Source of the DNA: a candidate division WOR-3 bacterium
Lineage (GTDB): Bacteria > Hydrothermota > Hydrothermia > LBFQ01 > DSFT01
Reading direction: 5' to 3'
NCBI GenBank assembly: GCA_965649115.1
Contig: CBFGJN010000010.1
Span: forward strand, 1-43,683
Length of the DNA: 43,683 bases
In this document: positions 37,940 to 43,683 of the stretch, piece after piece
Numbering within the stretch: the first letter of the stretch is position 1
Layout: every line of letters begins with the position of its first letter
The notes under the pieces: generated by a model
What the model was told of the DNA's origin: nothing
The model's input: only the letters and a program-made list of their open reading frames with translations
The model's database searches: none
Position numbers and translations under genes: made by a program

Positions 37940-40510
37940 TATTTTTTCAATATCTTGTCTTACTTTATTTATTAGTTCCTCAAAACTTTTCCTATCTTCC
38001 CCTTCATAAATATCTATTTTATTTAAAATAAATAGAACATAGGGTTCTCTTCCTTTTATAATTTCCAAGAAATCACGATTTGTTTTCAATACGCCTTTTG
38101 ATATATCAAGTATATATAGAACAATATCGTAGTCTCCCTCTTTAAGGTAATTTTCAACCTCTTTATCCAAGCTCCCACTATAGCCAGGAATATCTACAAT
38201 ATTTAGAAATGCTAAAAAATCAGAACTCTCATCTTTAAAAGCATAATTTTCCAATTTATTATTTTGCATATTATAAACTTTTACATTTCTGGTTAGTTCT
38301 ATTGTTAGAATTTTATTTTTATAACTTAAAATTTTTCTTGGAAGAATAACCTCAAATTCATCAAGTTTTTCAAAATTTTCATCATAAATTAGAACTTTTT
38401 TATTAAGTGCGATAACAAGAAATCCATTATCAAAATTTAAGCAATTGACTTCTTCATTAAATTTGAATTCGTGAATTTTAGTTTGCTTAGAAATGTTGTA
38501 AATTTCAACAAAATTTTTAAAGCCAATAGCTAAATATTTTCCATTTCTGCTAAACGAAATATCTTCAATATAATTATTATCAGCTTCTCTAATTTCCATA
38601 ATTTCAGGTTTTTCTGATTTATGTTCAAAAATAGGAGTATAATCAATTATAATTACATTACCTTGATTTGTTCCAAGAGCAATTTTGTGATAATAGGATG
38701 AAATTTTGGAAAAGTATAAGGAATCTTCGCCTTCAAAATTTACTATTACTTTTAACTCTTTTATATCTAAGACTTTATATGAGCCATCAACAAAAATAGC
38801 ATAAATAAAATAACCATCAGTTGTTAAATCATGAACAGGAAATTCAAATTCTTTTTCAAGAACAAGTTTAAACTCACCATCCCAAATTTTGATTTTTTTA
38901 TCGTCGCTAGCAGTTACAAGAAGTTCGTCAGCCCAAGCCATACCCCATATAGAAAAATCATGAGCTTTAAAATAATTAAAAATAGAGAAGTCTTTCAAAC
39001 TTATATTATAAATTTTACCTTCATTTGTTCCAATAGTTAAAATATTTTTGTTTTTGTTTATTGCACAAATTTTAAATCCATCTAAAATTTTTTTAATTTT
39101 AAATTCCTTTTCTTCTAACTCGTACTTTGCTAGGACACCATCAAAACTCTTGATTTTTGTGATATTTTTAGTAGTTTCTCCTATTGAAGATTGGAATACA
39201 TTTTTACCCAATAATAAATTCAAGAATGAAGACTTACCAGCTGACATTTCACCAACAGCACATACTGTTGGTTTCCTTATAAAGTAATCTTTTCTTTGTT
39301 CTATTTTACTTATTTTTTCTTCAAGATCTTCAAGAAATATATCAATTTTATTAACCTTCAGTATTTTCATTATCTGTTCAATAGCTCTTATTTGATTTTC
39401 AATCTTTCCTTGAGCATCAGTTGATGATTTCTTATCTAACTCTTCATAAAGTACCTCGCTAGTAATAAATACTACTTTTTGAATATCTCGCTTAATTTTC
39501 TCAAACGAAGAAACTTTAGAAGATAGAAATTCTTTTTGTTTATAATTTATAACATCATTCCAAAATACCCTCTCAAAGTCCTCAAACAATTTCTTGTATC
39601 TTTTTGTTCTTTCATCTATCTCTTCTCCTTTTGCCTGCTTAATAAAACCTTGAAGCGCTAATTTGGCTGAAATGTAAAATAATTGTTCTACATCAATTTT
39701 TTGACTATATCCCTGCTCACTTAAAATATCATTCATCTTATTTATAACACCTTTACCAATTAGGTCAAAATTAGATTCTTCTTCTTCTTCATAAGCATCT
39801 ATCTTATTAAAAACAATATACCTCTTGTCAGGTCTTATCATTGACAATAACCTTGAAAGCTTTTCAATTTCATCTATTGTAATTCCTTGACTTATGTCAA
39901 GTATCGTTATAACAGCATCGCTTAAATTTATAGCACTTTGTATAAATTTCTTCATTAATTCTTCATTCAATGTTCCAAAACCAGGTGTGTCAATTACCTC
40001 TATTCCAGCCTTCAAATTTTCCAAAGGCATATAAATAAATACACTTAATTCATCCTCTGAAATGTTTAAAACCTTTCCCCCTTCCTTACTTTGCTCTGCT
40101 TTTGCTAATGTTTCCTCATTTAATTGCCTTATAAATTCCTTTATCTCCTCTAAATTATTAAATTTCTTTTCTGAATTCTTATATTTTACAGCATAATTTT
40201 CACCATAAGAAATATGATAAAGTCTTGCCGTCGTCTCACCTACTCTTGCTTCAAGAATCCTATCCTTAAATATAAGGGCATTTAGGAATGAAGATTTACC
40301 ATTTGAAACTTCTGCTATTACCGAAACCCTCACTTTATCGTCTATTAAAGACTTTATAACCCCCTCTAATTTTTGTATAGATTCGTCAAAATTTAAAGGT
40401 AAATTCACTGAATTTGAAATCTCTTGACATCTTTTTAAATCACTTATATAACTCTTTATACTTTCTATTATTCTAAACTTCTCTTTGTTATAACTATCTA
40501 AATCAAACAT
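37040..40510 (-). CDS. Double dynamin-like GTPase fusion; second GTPase domain contains a divergent WD40 propeller
   Basis: Domain 1: AEVSNGKSS, ETT, DTPG, NKID, SAK. Domain 2: GEMSAGKSS, ETT, [AHDFSIWGMAW...TASDDKKIKIWD...], DIPG, NKID, SAK. Confidence 0.88.
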   Translation of the reverse strand: MFDLDSYNKEKFRIIESIKSYISDLKRCQEISNSVNLPLNFDESIQKLEGVIKSLIDDKVRVSVIAEVSNGKSSFLNALIFKDRILEARVGETTARLYHISYGENYAVKYKNSEKKFNNLEEIKEFIRQLNEETLAKAEQSKEGGKVLNISEDELSVFIYMPLENLKAGIEVIDTPGFGTLNEELMKKFIQSAINLSDAVITILDISQGITIDEIEKLSRLLSMIRPDKRYIVFNKIDAYEEEEESNFDLIGKGVINKMNDILSEQGYSQKIDVEQLFYISAKLALQGFIKQAKGEEIDERTKRYKKLFEDFERVFWNDVINYKQKEFLSSKVSSFEKIKRDIQKVVFITSEVLYEELDKKSSTDAQGKIENQIRAIEQIMKILKVNKIDIFLEDLEEKISKIEQRKDYFIRKPTVCAVGEMSAGKSSFLNLLLGKNVFQSSIGETTKNITKIKSFDGVLAKYELEEKEFKIKKILDGFKICAINKNKNILTIGTNEGKIYNISLKDFSIFNYFKAHDFSIWGMAWADELLVTASDDKKIKIWDGEFKLVLEKEFEFPVHDLTTDGYFIYAIFVDGSYKVLDIKELKVIVNFEGEDSLYFSKISSYYHKIALGTNQGNVIIIDYTPIFEHKSEKPEIMEIREADNNYIEDISFSRNGKYLAIGFKNFVEIYNISKQTKIHEFKFNEEVNCLNFDNGFLVIALNKKVLIYDENFEKLDEFEVILPRKILSYKNKILTIELTRNVKVYNMQNNKLENYAFKDESSDFLAFLNIVDIPGYSGSLDKEVENYLKEGDYDIVLYILDISKGVLKTNRDFLEIIKGREPYVLFILNKIDIYEGEDRKSFEELINKVRQDIEKIYPKNKILGYVPASAKKFKNDEKLVKFLRNVIIIASYVSTFKTNLNIIRDELIEVFEENMTKARKWDKDYINFYLENLKKGLHKISNFDIITKGESVIKQLIEDLNSRLESEINADIEKIAEFLSKEINEAKKLINGMSISYIEILNLNLNYDFSQRISGLDFSDFNVQQASYSNELFGEVLGKIMTSIGAGIFARLALGALIPGIGTLVFLGSLIWTIIDSDNKANEIRNKVYNEVSTKLPSIIESGWKDVCEEIEETYKDKVNLLTNNKSIQNFLNELILGAYKMNDKFSKFIIDNFI

Positions 40511-40522
40511 ATTCGCCTCCTT

Positions 40523-42082
40523 TTAAATAACCTTACTTTCAAGCATATTTCTTATGTTATTTACAGCACTTTCTATGGCTTTTATTTTGTTTTCGTAAAA
40601 CTTTATTTCATTTTCAATTTCTTCCTTATCCTTTCCAATAAATTCAATACTTTTTTCAACTGAAACTATTTCACTATCCAAATTGGCATATTCTTTAAGT
40701 TTCAACTCCTCAAAATAATAGTTTTTAGAACTTTCTATGGAATAAATAACATTATCTTTAAGTCTATTAAAAATCTTGTTTATATCAGCCTCAATACTGC
40801 CTGTCGCTATTGTTCTTATGAAATTTTGAATAATATCGGTTAAATCAGGTAAATTCAACTCCCTCAATACTGGATCAAATATCTTACCAAGGAAATCTAT
40901 TGATGAAATAATGAACGAAGTAAAGAATGAAGTTGATTCTATTTCAGAAAGTTCTGAAAGATCAAATTCAAGCTCTGACTTATTTATAGCTTCTTTTATG
41001 CTCAATATGAGTAATTGAATTTCATTTCTTAAATTTACAGATAGGTAGGTTTTTAGGTTATCTGGATCTATGCTTTTCACAGTCGTAATAACTTCCATTC
41101 TTTTATTATCAATAAGTGGAATAACTTGGTTTTTTATAATATCTGCAATTTTAGCATCTACTCTTTTTCTTAAATCATTTAGTACATTATCAAGTTCAGA
41201 TTTTTTTGTTTTTAGTTCGGCTAATTTTGCTTTAAGCTCTTCTCTTGTTTTTTGTTTATTTTCAATTAATGAATTTAGCTGTTTTTTTGTAATTTCTTCA
41301 ATTGTTTTCATAATTGAACTTATTCTTGTCTTTATGATTTGAGATTTACTAGTCGCTGAGAGATAATTAAATAACTGATTTTTGAAGTCCAAAAAACCTT
41401 GATCTTTTTCTTTTGCTGAAAATACAAAAACGGCAAAATCTTCCAAATTCTTCTTTATCTTTTGAATTTCATAATCATCAATTTCATCGCTAACTAAATC
41501 AAGTTTATTAAAAACAATAAAAATTTTATCTCTTAAAAATTTAATAATATAATTGTCAAAAAATTCTTTATCTTTTTTCGTTAAGCCTTTGGTAATATCC
41601 AAAACAAATATGACAGCATCAGCAGTAGGAACTCTTGAAAGTGTTAAATTTTCTAAATTTTCTTGTAATTCATCAATTCCAGGTGTATCTACAAAAACCA
41701 CACTTGAAAATGGAAACTCTTTAAGATAAACATTAACAGCTTTTAAATTAGGTTTTTCATTTATAATTTCAAAATTCCTTTCATCAAGTTGATAAATCTC
41801 AGAACTTCCATCTTTATAAATTGCTTCAATTTTATCTTCATCTGACTTTATAACAGTGTTTATTGATTTCGTAACTGTTCCAATTCCCGTAGGCATAATA
41901 TCTTTACCAAGAAGAGCATTCATTATTGTAGTTTTACCCGTTGATAATTTACCTACAAAAACAACCTCTATTTTATCCCTTTTTACAACATCAATAGCAA
42001 CATCACAAAGCTTTTCAAGATATTCGTTCTCCAAAAACGATATATTACTTTTTATAAGTTCAAGTTCCCTTTCCATATTCAA
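40523..42082 (-). CDS. Bacterial dynamin-like protein
   Basis: GKLSTGKTT, VT, DTPG, NKLD, SAK, long coiled coils. Confidence 0.92.
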   Translation of the reverse strand: MNMERELELIKSNISFLENEYLEKLCDVAIDVVKRDKIEVVFVGKLSTGKTTIMNALLGKDIMPTGIGTVTKSINTVIKSDEDKIEAIYKDGSSEIYQLDERNFEIINEKPNLKAVNVYLKEFPFSSVVFVDTPGIDELQENLENLTLSRVPTADAVIFVLDITKGLTKKDKEFFDNYIIKFLRDKIFIVFNKLDLVSDEIDDYEIQKIKKNLEDFAVFVFSAKEKDQGFLDFKNQLFNYLSATSKSQIIKTRISSIMKTIEEITKKQLNSLIENKQKTREELKAKLAELKTKKSELDNVLNDLRKRVDAKIADIIKNQVIPLIDNKRMEVITTVKSIDPDNLKTYLSVNLRNEIQLLILSIKEAINKSELEFDLSELSEIESTSFFTSFIISSIDFLGKIFDPVLRELNLPDLTDIIQNFIRTIATGSIEADINKIFNRLKDNVIYSIESSKNYYFEELKLKEYANLDSEIVSVEKSIEFIGKDKEEIENEIKFYENKIKAIESAVNNIRNMLESKVI

Positions 42083-43683
42083 ACCTCCTCTCTAAGTTTT
42101 GTCTCTAAGAGTTCTGATATGCTTTTTATAGCATTTAATTGGGTTTCAATCTCTTTTATTCTTTCATCTAAATCACCTTTTTCAAGCATTTTAATTATTT
42201 CAGAGCTAATAAACTTAACCTCGTTAAATTTAATTCTAATATTATCTATGAAATCCGTTAAAATATCATTTAATTTATTAATATCTTCCCTTAAATCATA
42301 AAGACTAGTATAGACTCCTTCAATGATTCTTTGTTTTAATTCTTGTTTTTTCTTCTCTACATTTGCCAACAAATCAAAAATTGTCCAAACTAAACCAGCT
42401 AAAATGCCTATTGGACCAGCAATTGCACCAGCAATTGCCTCACTCCCAGCCCAAATAGCAGCATTAGTTCCTATAAATTCTAAAGCAATTGCTCTCACTA
42501 ACATTCCCACAGTAAATCCAGCCATAACTCCGCTTAAAAGAGAACCAAAAATATCACCACTCACAACCTCAATCTGACTTGCAATGTGCTTTTCCTCAAT
42601 TTTCTTTTGCTGATAATCTATCTTAGGAAATCTAAATCTTTCTATATTCATTTTTTCAAGTTCAGAATTAAATTCATCAACACTTTTATTGTAATCTTCA
42701 ACGTACTTTCTAATATTTGAAAAAATAGGTCCATAATAATTTTGAAAAACATCATCCAAAATTTTTCCAATATCTATTTCAGATAATCGTTGATTTATTT
42801 CTTGCTGTATCTCATCCGCGGAAAACAAAGAAGAAAAAACATTATAATTTTCTTCAACATAGCTAATAACTGCTGACTCTTGCAAAATTTTTTCTCCAAC
42901 TTTTTGAATAATTTCATCGGTGTTTAATTTAATACCTTTTAAATTTTCTATATAACCACTGGCTTTTTGTTGAAGAGACTGAGCCATTGTATTAATTTTA
43001 TTTTGTTCTCTTAATATAGATTCTTTTTCAGATTTTAACGATAATAATTGATTACTTAAATTTTTATAAATACTATTGACTTCTTTATTTATAAATTCCT
43101 TTGTTCTTTCAAACGAAGAAACTTTAGAAGATAGAAATTCTTTTTGTTTATAATTTATAACATCATTCCAAAATACCCTCTCAAAGTCCTCAAACAATTT
43201 CTTGTATCTTTTTGTTCTTTCATCTATCTCTTCTCCTTTTGCCTGCTTAATAAAACCTTGAAGCGCTAATTTGGCTGAAATGTAAAATAATTGTTTTACA
43301 TCAATTTTTTGACTATATCCCTGCTCACTTAAAATATCATTCATCTTATTTATAACACCTTTACCAATTAGGTCAAAATTGGATTCTTCTTCTTCATAAG
43401 CATCTATCTTATTAAAAACAATGTACCTCTTGTCAGGTCTTATCATTGACAATAACCTTGAAAATTTTTCACTTTCACCCTTCTTAATTCCTTGACTTAT
43501 GTCAAGTATCGTTATAACAGCATCACTTAAATTTATAGCACTTTGTATAAATTTCATCATTAATTCTTCATTCAATGTTCCAAAACCAGGTGTGTCAATT
43601 ACCTCTATTCCAGCCTTCAAATTTTCCAAAGGCATATAAATAAATACACTTAATTCATCCTCTGAAATGTTTAAAACCTTTCC
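42079..43683 (-). CDS. Bacterial dynamin-like protein, 5' end outside the window
   Basis: Frame is open past 43635 to the edge (GKVLNISEDELSVFIY); DTPG, NKID, SAK; Gly/Ala-rich membrane paddle. Confidence 0.92.
   Translation of the reverse strand, partial: GKVLNISEDELSVFIYMPLENLKAGIEVIDTPGFGTLNEELMMKFIQSAINLSDAVITILDISQGIKKGESEKFSRLLSMIRPDKRYIVFNKIDAYEEEESNFDLIGKGVINKMNDILSEQGYSQKIDVKQLFYISAKLALQGFIKQAKGEEIDERTKRYKKLFEDFERVFWNDVINYKQKEFLSSKVSSFERTKEFINKEVNSIYKNLSNQLLSLKSEKESILREQNKINTMAQSLQQKASGYIENLKGIKLNTDEIIQKVGEKILQESAVISYVEENYNVFSSLFSADEIQQEINQRLSEIDIGKILDDVFQNYYGPIFSNIRKYVEDYNKSVDEFNSELEKMNIERFRFPKIDYQQKKIEEKHIASQIEVVSGDIFGSLLSGVMAGFTVGMLVRAIALEFIGTNAAIWAGSEAIAGAIAGPIGILAGLVWTIFDLLANVEKKKQELKQRIIEGVYTSLYDLREDINKLNDILTDFIDNIRIKFNEVKFISSEIIKMLEKGDLDERIKEIETQLNAIKSISELLETKLREEV

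Larger units (their letters stand above)
39501..43683. repeat. Near-identical direct repeat 39501-40078 / 43109-43683 (may continue beyond the window)
   Basis: Sequences align with a few substitutions and one Glu codon indel. Confidence 0.95.

Noticed and set aside
2021..42577. Short ORF-track entries antisense to or nested in long genes (e.g. 2021, 2404, 5380, 11729, 12696, 14838, 16178, 19141, 20478, 25244, 27439, 30696, 31453, 38831, 39048, 41070, 41856, 42119, 42323)
   Set aside because: Shadow frames of well-supported genes, without RBS or motifs.

Overview
Very AT-rich bacterial chromosomal window. T9SS C-terminal-domain proteins and a PorV-family gene suggest an FCB-related lineage such as WOR-3 (inference, not checked). 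Housekeeping genes (sppA, paaC/paaD, comF, M19 dipeptidase, hslO, ybhB, nnr, mraY, Na/Ca antiporter, TolB-like) surround four notable systems. (1) At 34.5-43.7 kb, an operon of four dynamin-like GTPase genes, two with WD40 propellers inserted inside the GTPase domain. One propeller is a 7 x 126-bp near-identical array varying at fixed positions, as in HET-E. The operon ends in a 12-Cys zinc-finger gene and shows recent internal duplications; it is a candidate sensor-equipped membrane/defence system. (2) At 17.6-26.9 kb, a four-gene T9SS cargo operon whose start sites share a 17-nt sequence. It is preceded by an unannotated leader ORF containing an antisense copy of that sequence plus a GC hairpin, and faces a divergent HTH/helical-repeat regulator. 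(3) A ~205-bp MITE family with 17-bp terminal inverted repeats and 9-bp target duplications, all copies in one orientation. One copy splits a 5'-nucleotidase gene and others form a tandem array. (4) A CTTTAAAATTTT -10-like box 6-10 nt before many Shine-Dalgarno (SD)-less start codons, and very short uncharged N-terminal hydrophobic leaders on exported proteins. Pseudogenes: a TOPRIM-like partner of an ABC/AAA ATPase and a di-heme cytochrome c peroxidase. No rRNA, tRNA or CRISPR array was seen.
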